The notes below the pieces were generated by a model, which was not told where the DNA came from, searched no databases, and worked only from the letters and a program-made list of their open reading frames with translations. A stretch of 33,092 nucleotides of DNA, taken from positions 1-33,092 of the forward strand of contig JAVYWK010000021.1 of NCBI GenBank assembly GCA_038727095.1. Direction: 5' to 3'. Source of the DNA: Thermofilaceae archaeon (GTDB lineage Archaea; Thermoproteota; Thermoprotei; Thermofilales; Thermofilaceae). Shown here piece after piece: positions 1-8,173 of this stretch. Position numbers and translations under genes: made by a program. Numbering within the stretch: the first letter of the stretch is position 1; every line of letters starts with the position of its first letter.

Positions 1-224
1 GATTCGACCTCTCGTGCAGCCGCTTGGGTTAGGCTGATTCTTCGCACGAACTCGATCTCCATCGCATCGAGTCCGAGGGTCCTCACCTCAATTACACCGT
101 GCTTCGTGCTCCTCGTCTTAGCTCTGTTTGGGATACCTGCTGGGCCAAAGCGGAGCCTATCGGGTTTCCACAGGGCCACGTACCCGAGCTTCTCTTCTAG
201 CAAATAGCCTTTTCGTTCCTTCAC
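1..224 (-). CDS. nfo: Endonuclease IV (AP endonuclease, TIM barrel), 5' part only; runs off the window edge
   Basis: Not in the ORF track. Manual translation from GTG at 224 (GTGA overlap with the amrS stop) gives MKERKGYLLEEKLGYVALWKPDRLRFGPAGIP...LGLDAMEIEFVRRI. RFGPAGIP and LGLDAMExEFVR match archaeal EndoIV N-termini. The true start could be a later GTG. Confidence 0.8.
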   Translation of the reverse strand, partial: MKERKGYLLEEKLGYVALWKPDRLRFGPAGIPNRAKTRSTKHGVIEVRTLGLDAMEIEFVRRISLTQAAAREVE

Positions 225-1255
225 CAAAACGAAAATGCCTGTTTTCGAACGTACCGCCCAACGATCGGCACTTCGGCGCCGCAGCGTGGGCATCGATTGT
301 TATCGCTCAAGGCGTACCGGACAACGCGATAGCCGTGGCGCTTAATCAGCAATTCGCCACACTCGGGGCAAAACGTGTTTTCGTAGCGGTGGCCAGGTAC
401 GTTGCCAATGTAGGGGAATTTGACGCCAGCCTTCTTTGCCTGCTCATAGCACCACTCCAACTTCTCAACCTTCGTGGGAGGCTCATGGTAGTGGTAGGCC
501 GGATAGTAACGAGTAAAGTGGATGGGAGTATCAGGCCCCAGCTCTTTGAGATGGCGTTCGATGGTATCCAATACGACCTCCTCGCGATCCGTCGCGTTCG
601 TAACTACCAAATAGACTATCTCGACGTGAATACCAAGCCGTTTTGCCTCCCTAGCGTTACGCCAAACAACGTCAACGTCAGCGCTATTGTACTTTCGGTA
701 TTCCTCTTTTCCCCCCTTCACGTCTATCTTTAAACCATCGAGACCGCTCTCATGCAGCATCTTTAGAGCCTCTATCGTCATGTAGCCGTTGCTCACGTAG
801 GTGCAGTAGAGGCCTCTCTCCCTTGCGAGTCTAAACACATCGATACTGTACTCGAACAGCAGCGTAGGCTCGTTAAAGCTTACGCAAACGCCCTCGTCGC
901 GCCTGGACGCTATTTCAACCACACGCTCGGGAGGTATCCGCTCAACCCCGCTGACGTCCGGCTCAACTTTGGAGAGGTGCCAGTTCTGGCACCAGGGGCA
1001 CGTGAAGTTGCAGCTCCAGCTGCTGAACGTGAGAGACGTTGAACCGGGCCAGAAATGGAAGAAGGGCTTAATCTCGATCGGCCTTGACTCCAACGCTGAT
1101 AGGTTACCGTAGGTGAGCGTGTACAGCGTACCATCGATGTTAACACGAGTTCGGCAGAAACCGCGCGCTCCACTCTCTATCAAGCAGCGCCTCTCGCAGA
1201 GTAGGCAGCGGACTTTAGAGCCTCCTACCTTCTCGTAGAGCAGCGCTTCTCTCAT
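221..1255 (-). CDS. amrS: AmmeMemoRadiSam system radical SAM enzyme (PFL-activating-like)
   Basis: N-terminal CxxCxxxC...C cluster, RPIEIKPFFHF, radical SAM CNFTCPWCQNW, YIGNVPG and C-terminal CPEC/CPRC. Start placed at ATG 1255 (MREALLY) rather than 1276. Confidence 0.88.
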   Translation of the reverse strand: MREALLYEKVGGSKVRCLLCERRCLIESGARGFCRTRVNIDGTLYTLTYGNLSALESRPIEIKPFFHFWPGSTSLTFSSWSCNFTCPWCQNWHLSKVEPDVSGVERIPPERVVEIASRRDEGVCVSFNEPTLLFEYSIDVFRLARERGLYCTYVSNGYMTIEALKMLHESGLDGLKIDVKGGKEEYRKYNSADVDVVWRNAREAKRLGIHVEIVYLVVTNATDREEVVLDTIERHLKELGPDTPIHFTRYYPAYHYHEPPTKVEKLEWCYEQAKKAGVKFPYIGNVPGHRYENTFCPECGELLIKRHGYRVVRYALSDNNRCPRCGAEVPIVGRYVRKQAFSFW

Positions 1256-1332
1256 CGAGTAGAGAGTAGCGCGCAAAGATAAAACTGTTGATCGGCGCTA
1301 CGTTTATTATTTCTCGAAGAACCTCAACCTCA

Positions 1333-2163
1333 ATGCCTTGGATTGGCGTGTCAGCCGATATTAGTGAGGATGATGTTAAGAGGGCTCTAGAGAATCTAGG
1401 TCTAATTCCTCTGCGCGAGATCGGAGTTGTGGAGCTTGAGACTTCGAGAGGCTGGTTGAAATTCAGAGTGTTTGAGGTAGCGGGAGGCGTAGAAGATTCT
1501 GCGCGTGTGCTAGCAGAAGACCTGAGCGCACCGGCATTCGAGAGCGGCCCACACCTGGTGCTGGGCGAAGTGAGCGCGCGGCTGTGGGATGAGGGGGCAA
1601 AGGTAGTGTTCCCCGACGGGGAGAGTGAGGTCGTGCCGATTTTCACGTACGATGGGTTCCTCGACGTGAGAATGCCGACGAAAAGGGTGAAGGGGTTGAA
1701 GGCTACGATAATCATCGGCGGGACGCAGTACGAGCTACCCCTTGAGATCAAGGATCTTCTGGAGGTTTACGCTAAGGGGCAGAAGGCCATCGAAAAAGTC
1801 GAGAAGGCTGCTTCCGTCTATGGGCTGGAGAAGGTGGTTTCAACGGCAGCTCTAGAGGAGTTGAGGCGCCGTAGAGCGGGGGAGGTAAGCGTAGAAGTGG
1901 ACTACGAGGCGGGCTTCGTAATGGTAAAGGAAGGGGTGAAAGTGCGCGTTGTTTCTCTGGACAAATTTATTCTCGACTTAATCGTTAGGGGGGAGCTGGA
2001 CAAACTGAGAGAATTTGTGGAAAAGGCTCCTGACGAAGCAAAGAAGCGGGTGTACGAAATGCTGAAGGGAGAGCTGGAGTTAGCAGAGGCTTCCGGCAAC
2101 GAGCGCCGCTCAAAAGCGTTAAAAGAGGCTCTTGAGAAGCTGGGCTTTCAAGCTCAGGACTAA
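1333..2163 (+). CDS. Hypothetical protein with helical, charged C-terminus
   Basis: Long ORF with thermophile-type composition. Likely start ATG 1333 (MPWIGV) after TTTATTAT at about 1303-1310. No recognised motif. Confidence 0.75.
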   Translation: MPWIGVSADISEDDVKRALENLGLIPLREIGVVELETSRGWLKFRVFEVAGGVEDSARVLAEDLSAPAFESGPHLVLGEVSARLWDEGAKVVFPDGESEVVPIFTYDGFLDVRMPTKRVKGLKATIIIGGTQYELPLEIKDLLEVYAKGQKAIEKVEKAASVYGLEKVVSTAALEELRRRRAGEVSVEVDYEAGFVMVKEGVKVRVVSLDKFILDLIVRGELDKLREFVEKAPDEAKKRVYEMLKGELELAEASGNERRSKALKEALEKLGFQAQD

Positions 2164-2164
2164 C

Positions 2165-3868
2165 TTAGGTTCTACTCCTAATCGCTACTCCTCTCTCAGC
2201 CTCAGCAACAGCTAGGTGCTTCAACATGGATGGTTCACGGACTCTATACAACGTAACACCTCTAGCCTGCGACACCGCCTCAACGCTCTTTGGATACTTC
2301 CACCCTTCAATGTGCAGCACGACTACACGGTGTCCTGCAGCTGCTATTCTCTCAAGGAAGCCTAATGCCTCACGAAGGTTCTGCCACCCGCAGTCGGTCA
2401 CGATGATCACAAGCGCGCTCTCGCCCGCCTCCAACTCGGCTAGCTGAGCGTTAATGGCTGCGAGGGGAAGAATCGTAAGCTCGCCCTGTGGCAAGGAAAG
2501 CACGAGATCCTTCACTATCTCTGGCTCATCCCACCCGGCCACCAAATACCTGGTAGAGAAGTTCAGGACGGACACGCGCCCACCCTGTCGCCTCGCGCTG
2601 AGATATGCCGCGAACGCCGCGACGGTAGCATCATCGATCGAGCCCTGCATGCTTCTGCTGGTGTCGAGCACTACAAGCACAGAAGGCGCTTGCTCTTCTA
2701 TCAGCACTTCGCCGGAGGGCGATGGAACATTAACATCTTTCAACGTCGTTTCCTCCGGGATCAGTGGACCTTCCTCAAAGCTTGCCTCGAGATCTAGATC
2801 TTCAATGTCGTCCTCCACGCTCCACATGTCCGAGTAGGCGTAGATCGCCCAGGTGCCGCCTCTACGGCGGCTACCGTAGGTGATGAGGAACTCTTCGGCT
2901 CTAGCCCGATACCACATGGCTTTCCACAGCAGCTCTTCAAGGTTTGCAACCTTAGCTGCAGGTTTGGAGAGCTTGGAGGGCAGCTCCGGCTCCTCCCCCT
3001 CCCCCCTAAGGGACTCTCTCGTGATTTGTTCCTCCGTAAGCCGTTGATCTACCTTTCCCGTTTGCTGCGTCGTGATTTTTTCCAGCACTTTCTCCGCGTC
3101 ATGCTTTATTTTATCGAAATCTACCCTCTCCTTAACCCAGTGCCTGAAAAGCTCCCTAGCCTCGTCCCTACCCAACCCCCTCATGACTTCTCTAGCCTCG
3201 GCGAGGAGATCGTGTTCCAAGTCTTCGCTTAACGGAATTCCTTCACCGGCCGTCTTTGGAAGCCTTTCCAGTTTACCCATTGCCTGCAACCTCTTCAAGA
3301 TTGTAGCGACGGCTTTCACCTTAGCGATGTATGAGCGTGGGCTGAGAACGATCTCGGCGAGCAACGAGCCGTAGAAAGCGATGTCTCTGTCCATCCTATG
3401 ATCGGGGATGGATTCCCTGTACATGTGCTTGCAAGCGGCGTACCTCAGAAGATCGACCCCCTTCGGTTTCGATGAGAACTCGTACGTTAAGTGGAAGGGT
3501 AATTGCCTGAATTTGAGAGGAAGGTAGAAGAGGTCTATCTGAAGGTCGGCCAGTAACCGCACAGCGTTGTGCGCGTGTGCCCAGCTTCTGACCTCCTCGT
3601 AAGCCGCTCTAGCTAGCATTTGAACGGTCCTCAGATTGTACGGGAGGTAGTGCAAGTGAGCTAGGTCGTGCCTGAAGTACCAGAGCAGTATAGGTCCTCC
3701 CTCAGGGTCGTCAAGCAGACTCCGCGGGATGTCAATTTCGAAGACACCCTCTTTGACCCGTATACCGGGACGACGGTTGCCAACGTTGATAACTACGTGG
3801 GAGGGGGTTACGTACATCTCCGATCGGGCTCTCTCAAAGAGATCGCGAATATCGCTAGCGCGCAGCAT
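2165..3868 (-). CDS. VWA (MIDAS) domain protein with N-terminal zincin-like segment; MoxR partner
   Basis: C-terminal VLVVLDTSRSM (DxSxS) and IIVTDCG. N-terminal FRHDLAH motif. Overlaps the upstream MoxR gene. Confidence 0.82.
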   Translation of the reverse strand: MLRASDIRDLFERARSEMYVTPSHVVINVGNRRPGIRVKEGVFEIDIPRSLLDDPEGGPILLWYFRHDLAHLHYLPYNLRTVQMLARAAYEEVRSWAHAHNAVRLLADLQIDLFYLPLKFRQLPFHLTYEFSSKPKGVDLLRYAACKHMYRESIPDHRMDRDIAFYGSLLAEIVLSPRSYIAKVKAVATILKRLQAMGKLERLPKTAGEGIPLSEDLEHDLLAEAREVMRGLGRDEARELFRHWVKERVDFDKIKHDAEKVLEKITTQQTGKVDQRLTEEQITRESLRGEGEEPELPSKLSKPAAKVANLEELLWKAMWYRARAEEFLITYGSRRRGGTWAIYAYSDMWSVEDDIEDLDLEASFEEGPLIPEETTLKDVNVPSPSGEVLIEEQAPSVLVVLDTSRSMQGSIDDATVAAFAAYLSARRQGGRVSVLNFSTRYLVAGWDEPEIVKDLVLSLPQGELTILPLAAINAQLAELEAGESALVIIVTDCGWQNLREALGFLERIAAAGHRVVVLHIEGWKYPKSVEAVSQARGVTLYRVREPSMLKHLAVAEAERGVAIRSRT

Positions 3869-5066
3869 CAGGCATCAACCTTGCAGTGAGAGTTTGATCA
3901 TGCTGCAGCAGGCCGGATGAAACCCAGTTTTGCTCCAGCTTTATGATTTCCTCCGCGAAAACGAGATCCTCAACTGCGATCTCGCCGGCCAGCCTGTACA
4001 GCTCCTTGTTGAAGGATTTGTAGAGGTTGCTGAGTATCGCCCACTGCTTTCTAGCCCGCCTCTCCTCGTTAAGCTCCCTCTGCCTTCGCAAGAGCTTTAC
4101 CAACTCCTCCGGTGCTCTCTCCTGCTTAACAAGCTCCATCCGGTGGATGAGGACATAGGGAGCGAGTCGGTATACATCATCCTCTGTGACTTTCCCATCC
4201 ATCCAGGCTTTGGCCTTAAGAAGGTTGTACAGGACAAGCGTCGCTCTCTCGCTAGGGCCTTCTCTTATCGAGCTGCAGATTCCATGGACGAAGTGGCAGC
4301 CTTCGCAGAGTGCTGGGGGTTTGACTCGGCTCACATCCCTGCTTCTAATGCACACCTGTAGATCTCTTACGAGTACATTGACCGTAGCCAAGAGGTCGAC
4401 GTCGACCTCGACCTCTTTTACCTCACGCCGAGCCTCTCTCAACGCTTCAAAGTCTATTACTTGGGGCATCGTGTCGATGAGGGAACCGTAGGACTCGACC
4501 AACTTCTGCAGTCTAAACTTGTCACTTAGGGGAAGCGAAGATAAATTAACGCATACGTCAAACCTGTCGTAAAATGGCGGAGGATGGATGAAGGTGGTCG
4601 GATCAGCGGGGTTCTCATTGGCCAAAAGCACGAAGTCACCAAGGACGTAGCGTTGCCCGTAAGCCCATACTTCGCCGAACTGAAGCAGGTGGTAGATGTT
4701 TGAGGCTGTGTAAGGGTTGAGCCTGTTCACCTCATCGATTCCCTTACCCTTAGCGCGCACAAAAGCGGACCAAATGACGCGCTCAAGCCCCTCTTTCTCG
4801 AGGGATGGTATGTGGAGCCGCGCTACTACTTCACCCCGCTTAATCTCAGATGCACCGGAGAGCACGATGAAATCCTCACCGAACAAACCTTTAAGGAAAA
4901 GCAGCATGAGGGTGGACTTGCCCCTCCCCCTCGGCGCTCTAATGAGGGCAGTAGATCTCTCGTGCAGCAGGTTCAGCGTGAGCACTCTAATCGCATCGTC
5001 GTTACCCACGAATCTGTTCTTCACCTCTTCCTCGAGCCTTTTGACACTCGCCTGCAGGTCGCTCAT
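3855..5066 (-). CDS. MoxR-family AAA+ ATPase
   Basis: FVGND start, Walker A variant APRGRGKST, Walker B/MoxR DEVNRL, ANENP sensor, DRF arginine finger, GPSERA and VLIHR lid motifs. Confidence 0.88.
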   Translation of the reverse strand: MSDLQASVKRLEEEVKNRFVGNDDAIRVLTLNLLHERSTALIRAPRGRGKSTLMLLFLKGLFGEDFIVLSGASEIKRGEVVARLHIPSLEKEGLERVIWSAFVRAKGKGIDEVNRLNPYTASNIYHLLQFGEVWAYGQRYVLGDFVLLANENPADPTTFIHPPPFYDRFDVCVNLSSLPLSDKFRLQKLVESYGSLIDTMPQVIDFEALREARREVKEVEVDVDLLATVNVLVRDLQVCIRSRDVSRVKPPALCEGCHFVHGICSSIREGPSERATLVLYNLLKAKAWMDGKVTEDDVYRLAPYVLIHRMELVKQERAPEELVKLLRRQRELNEERRARKQWAILSNLYKSFNKELYRLAGEIAVEDLVFAEEIIKLEQNWVSSGLLQHDQTLTARLMPDAAR

Positions 5067-5116
5067 AGCGCTATGAGGGGTATGTCACTAGTAAAATCTT
5101 TCGGCGCTCAGGTAAG

Positions 5117-5431
5117 TTAACGAATGAAACTTAAAATGAGCGCAATCAGCGTTGCTATCAATGCGATTTCTAAAACACGTTTTCTAATTCGTAAGCGTTT
5201 TATTTCGTTTTCCAATTCTTCTAGTCGGTATCTCATCTCCCGTATTAAACTTTTCTCCACCGTAATGTGCTCGCCCGGCTCCGACCTCAGGAAGAGCGCG
5301 TCGATGAAGTCTGTCGGCAAGTGGTACCTTCGTTCTGGGCGCTCCTCTTCGATGAATGTAGCAGAACCTATTCTCCTAGCTCTGACTTTACTGGACTCCC
5401 TCCTCAGAAATTCCTCGAATGGGTCTAGCAT
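5117..5431 (-). CDS. Small coiled-coil protein with C-terminal transmembrane anchor
   Basis: Heptad run LEELENEIKRLRIRKRVLE followed by hydrophobic IALIATLIALILSFI. Confidence 0.7.
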   Translation of the reverse strand: MLDPFEEFLRRESSKVRARRIGSATFIEEERPERRYHLPTDFIDALFLRSEPGEHITVEKSLIREMRYRLEELENEIKRLRIRKRVLEIALIATLIALILSFIR

Positions 5432-5494
5432 GTGAAGTACAGCTTTACTTCACGTATAAACCTACTCCTCTTCGCCTGACCGCGTTATCGTTAA

Positions 5495-6010
5495 ATGCGC
5501 TGTGCGCGCGTAGGGCACGTGGAGCGCATCATAGCTCTAGCGCTTCCGTGCTACGTGGCCAACGCAACTCCAGTTATCGTGGCTAAACTCTTACGCCGCA
5601 CGCACCCTCTAGACTTTGGGTTATTTTTTATAGATGGGCGAAGGCTTCTCGGCGACAGCAAAAGCATTGAGGGGTTCGTCTCGGGAGTCGCTGCCGGCCT
5701 CCTCGTAGGCTATCTTCTCTCACTGTATGGTTTGCTCAGCGTTAGTGAGGCAGTCCCGCTGTCGTTCGGTACTATGCTGGGCGATGCTATGGGATCCTTC
5801 ATTAAACGGAGGTTGGGTTTGCCCAGCGGTGCTCCGGCTCCTCTACTTGATCAGCTTGCATTCCTTGCCGTAGCGTTGGCACTATACAGCCTCGTTTACG
5901 GTTTCATTGAAGCCTCGGTTGCGATCATTCTATTCCTAATAACCCCGCCAATACATCTAGCAACGAATGTGATTGCCTACAAGATCAAGCTGAAGGACAA
6001 GCCCTGGTAA
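5495..6010 (+). CDS. carS: CDP-archaeol synthase (DUF46)
   Basis: ANATPV, PLDFG...DGRRLLGDSKS.EG, GDAMGSFIKRRLG, LLDQL and the KLKDKPW ending are characteristic of CarS. The start may be GTG near 5519. Confidence 0.92.
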   Translation: MRCARVGHVERIIALALPCYVANATPVIVAKLLRRTHPLDFGLFFIDGRRLLGDSKSIEGFVSGVAAGLLVGYLLSLYGLLSVSEAVPLSFGTMLGDAMGSFIKRRLGLPSGAPAPLLDQLAFLAVALALYSLVYGFIEASVAIILFLITPPIHLATNVIAYKIKLKDKPW

Positions 6011-6079
6011 GTTACCTTCACAACTCAAAATGTGAAGAGTTAATTCTAAACCGGAGAGTGTGCATTGGGGATCTAACAT

Positions 6080-6178
6080 CTATACCGTTTCAGGTGGCAT
6101 TAGAAGAGTTAACATGTTGCATGCCTCCAGCGGGATAGAGGCTCTACATGAGCAGCCTTGAGGAAATTCCTTAGACAT
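6080..6178 (-). CDS. Putative 32-aa small protein or gene remnant (MSKEFPQGCSCRASIPLEACNMLTLLMPPETV)
   Basis: ATG at 6178 preceded by a perfect SD (GGAGGTGAACA-ATG). TAG at 6080-6082. Below the ORF-track cutoff. Confidence 0.35.
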   Translation of the reverse strand: MSKEFPQGCSCRASIPLEACNMLTLLMPPETV

Positions 6179-6288
6179 TGTTCACCTCCGTTTACCTCCC
6201 AGGACGTTAATTGACGGTTACTACGATAAATCTGATGATGATTTCTCGCACGCTAAGAATATATCTATCTCCATGGATAGCGGTCAAG

Positions 6289-6609
6289 ATGGCTGAACAG
6301 ATTCAAGTGTTTAGGACGACTCTCACTCCGACTGTCCGTGGAGCGATTAGTAAGGTGCGGAGGTGGTTCTACGCTTCACTATACTCGAAAGTTAAGGGTG
6401 ACGCTAGGGAACAGTCGAAGAACAATTGGGTCAAGCTGGCTCGCATGCTTATAGATAAAACGAACGAGCAAGGGGTCTCCGATAAAGCCGGTCGAGTTGT
6501 GCTCTACTACTACATCAGAGATGGAGTCTTTGTACCTGTGAAAGCCGAGATAGAGTACTTCGAAATAAAGCCGCTTGGGAAATTCGAGGTTACCTTTTCT
6601 GAGTCTTAA
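6289..6609 (+). CDS. Small basic protein, possibly distant DUF2258/ThermoDBP-related nucleic-acid-binding protein
   Basis: Start ATG 6289 (MAEQIQ) about 25-30 nt after AATATAT. KVRRWFYASL and RVVLYYYIRDG resemble DUF2258 segments by eye. Confidence 0.55.
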   Translation: MAEQIQVFRTTLTPTVRGAISKVRRWFYASLYSKVKGDAREQSKNNWVKLARMLIDKTNEQGVSDKAGRVVLYYYIRDGVFVPVKAEIEYFEIKPLGKFEVTFSES

Positions 6610-6802
6610 CCTTAGCGAGTAAAACGTACACGACAGCTAAGAAGTACAGACTCGACAGAGCGAGAGTTGCATAAGTTACGTAGAAGTCGCGGGTCCCTGG
6701 GCATCTACCGGTTACGTAGCATGCCAACTGATAGATACTGAAGATGCAAGCGGCTGCCAGCACCATTACAATCACGGCTATCGCAACCTGAGATTTTTGC
6801 AC
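6590..6802 (-). CDS. Small two-helix membrane protein
   Basis: Two hydrophobic segments, with a CxxxxxC motif in the loop. Confidence 0.65.
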   Translation of the reverse strand: MQKSQVAIAVIVMVLAAACIFSIYQLACYVTGRCPGTRDFYVTYATLALSSLYFLAVVYVLLAKVKTQKR

Positions 6803-6851
6803 GGAGCATCGGGGGCGAGCGCTTTATCTTTATTTCGCGGTAGAGTGCCAC

Positions 6852-7628
6852 ATGAGCGTTGAAGGAGTCGGCGTTGGAGAAGTGTTACGAAGGGTCTTCG
6901 GGGCAGGCCTGGACCCTTTCAGCACATTTAGTAGGATCGTGGCGCGACCCGACGGGTTTGGGCCACTCCTCTGCATGCTTCTTCTGGTCTTTGCTTTCTC
7001 CCTTCAAAACGCTACACTTATCTCAAAAGTCTTCATATATGCTGCGAGAGGAAACCCTGTAACTCCATTCGTTGAACAATTCGACGACACTATCAGAATA
7101 ACAGCCGTGAACGTTACTTCCAGCCTCAGGAGAGTTGGACCCCCCAGCGAAGAACACTTTGCCGCCTTAAACGTGCTTTCCCTAGGTTTCGGTATTGCAT
7201 CGTGGCTCTGTTGGTCTCTTGGCGTTTGGGTGGCGGTGAAAATCGTGGAAGGCCCTCCAGCCTCTTCCACTCTACTTTCGGGCTACATCCTCAGCGTTAA
7301 ATTCTATGAGTATCTCGCGAAAGCTCTCCTCCAATCCTGGTACTTGAAGGACTTGAGTTGCGTAGAGATCATCCTACCGCTCGACGCGCTCACATTGAAT
7401 CGTATCTTGAGTCTGACTTCACTGGCTTTAGCCAGCATGCGGGGGCTTCAGACAGCTCTACTAGCCCACACAGCCTTTTTCACGGTATGGAGCATCGTAG
7501 TCACGTCTGCAGCTGTGAGTCGGGGTTACACGCCTGTTCGTAAAGCTGCGGTGGGAGGGATTACCGCTTTTCTGATCTCTTCAGCAGCTCAGGCTATCGC
7601 TTACAACCTACTGTTGATGGCGTTCTAA
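6852..7628 (+). CDS. Multi-pass membrane protein (Yip1-like)
   Basis: About five hydrophobic helices. N-terminal LDPFSTFSRIV resembles the Yip1 'L.P..FF' start. Confidence 0.6.
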   Translation: MSVEGVGVGEVLRRVFGAGLDPFSTFSRIVARPDGFGPLLCMLLLVFAFSLQNATLISKVFIYAARGNPVTPFVEQFDDTIRITAVNVTSSLRRVGPPSEEHFAALNVLSLGFGIASWLCWSLGVWVAVKIVEGPPASSTLLSGYILSVKFYEYLAKALLQSWYLKDLSCVEIILPLDALTLNRILSLTSLALASMRGLQTALLAHTAFFTVWSIVVTSAAVSRGYTPVRKAAVGGITAFLISSAAQAIAYNLLLMAF

Positions 7629-7702
7629 AATTCTTACAAGCGGTTGAGTGCGAGAGACAGTAAAGTTTTTTTAACAATGCCCTATAATGTTTGCAGATTT
7701 GC

Positions 7703-8173
7703 ATGTCCGAAGATAGGAAGCAGGTAGTGTTGGATGAGATAGACAGAGGCCTCCTCAGGATACTCCAGGAAAACGCGAAGACCCCTTACTCAAAGATTTC
7801 GAAGGAGCTCGGTATCAGCGAAGCGACGGTACACTTAAGGATTCGTAAGCTGGTGAAGCAGGGGGTTATAAAACGGTTCCAAGCAATCGTGGATCCTGAA
7901 AAGGTTGGCAAAGATGTTGTCGCGATAATCGCGTTAACGGTTGATCCCAGAAGGTACGAGAGTGTTCTAGAAAAGCTTAAGGCGATGCCAGACGTCTACA
8001 GCATTTACGATGTAACGGGTGAGTACTACACAATACTCAAGGTGCGGGTTGGCAGTAAGGAGGAACTAACTAGAGTGCTCGATGAGATCGGCAGAGTCGA
8101 AGGTGTAGAATCAACTCGCACAATGTTCGTCCTGCGAGTAATTAAAGAGGAGACCCGTGTAAGGATAGATTAG
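7703..8173 (+). CDS. Lrp/AsnC family transcriptional regulator
   Basis: LDEIDRGLLRILQENAKTPYSKISKELGISEATVHLRIRKL HTH and YDVTGEY RAM motif. Start ATG 7703 follows the TATA-like AAAGTTTTTTTAA. Confidence 0.93.
   Translation: MSEDRKQVVLDEIDRGLLRILQENAKTPYSKISKELGISEATVHLRIRKLVKQGVIKRFQAIVDPEKVGKDVVAIIALTVDPRRYESVLEKLKAMPDVYSIYDVTGEYYTILKVRVGSKEELTRVLDEIGRVEGVESTRTMFVLRVIKEETRVRID

Noticed and set aside
128-5435. Numerous antisense or alternate-frame ORFs (e.g. 128-733, 1215-1751, 2454-2837, 3930-4361, 5124-5435)
   Set aside because: They overlap better-supported genes and are Ser/Leu-rich with no motifs. The same applies to shadows within argS, dys, por and rgy.
6235-6296. ATGATGA...CTGA resembling a C/D box sRNA
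   Set aside because: No convincing C' box, and it overlaps the likely TATA and start codon of the downstream gene. Similar partial motifs at about 12758, 16691-16734 and 20544-20580 also lack a full box set.
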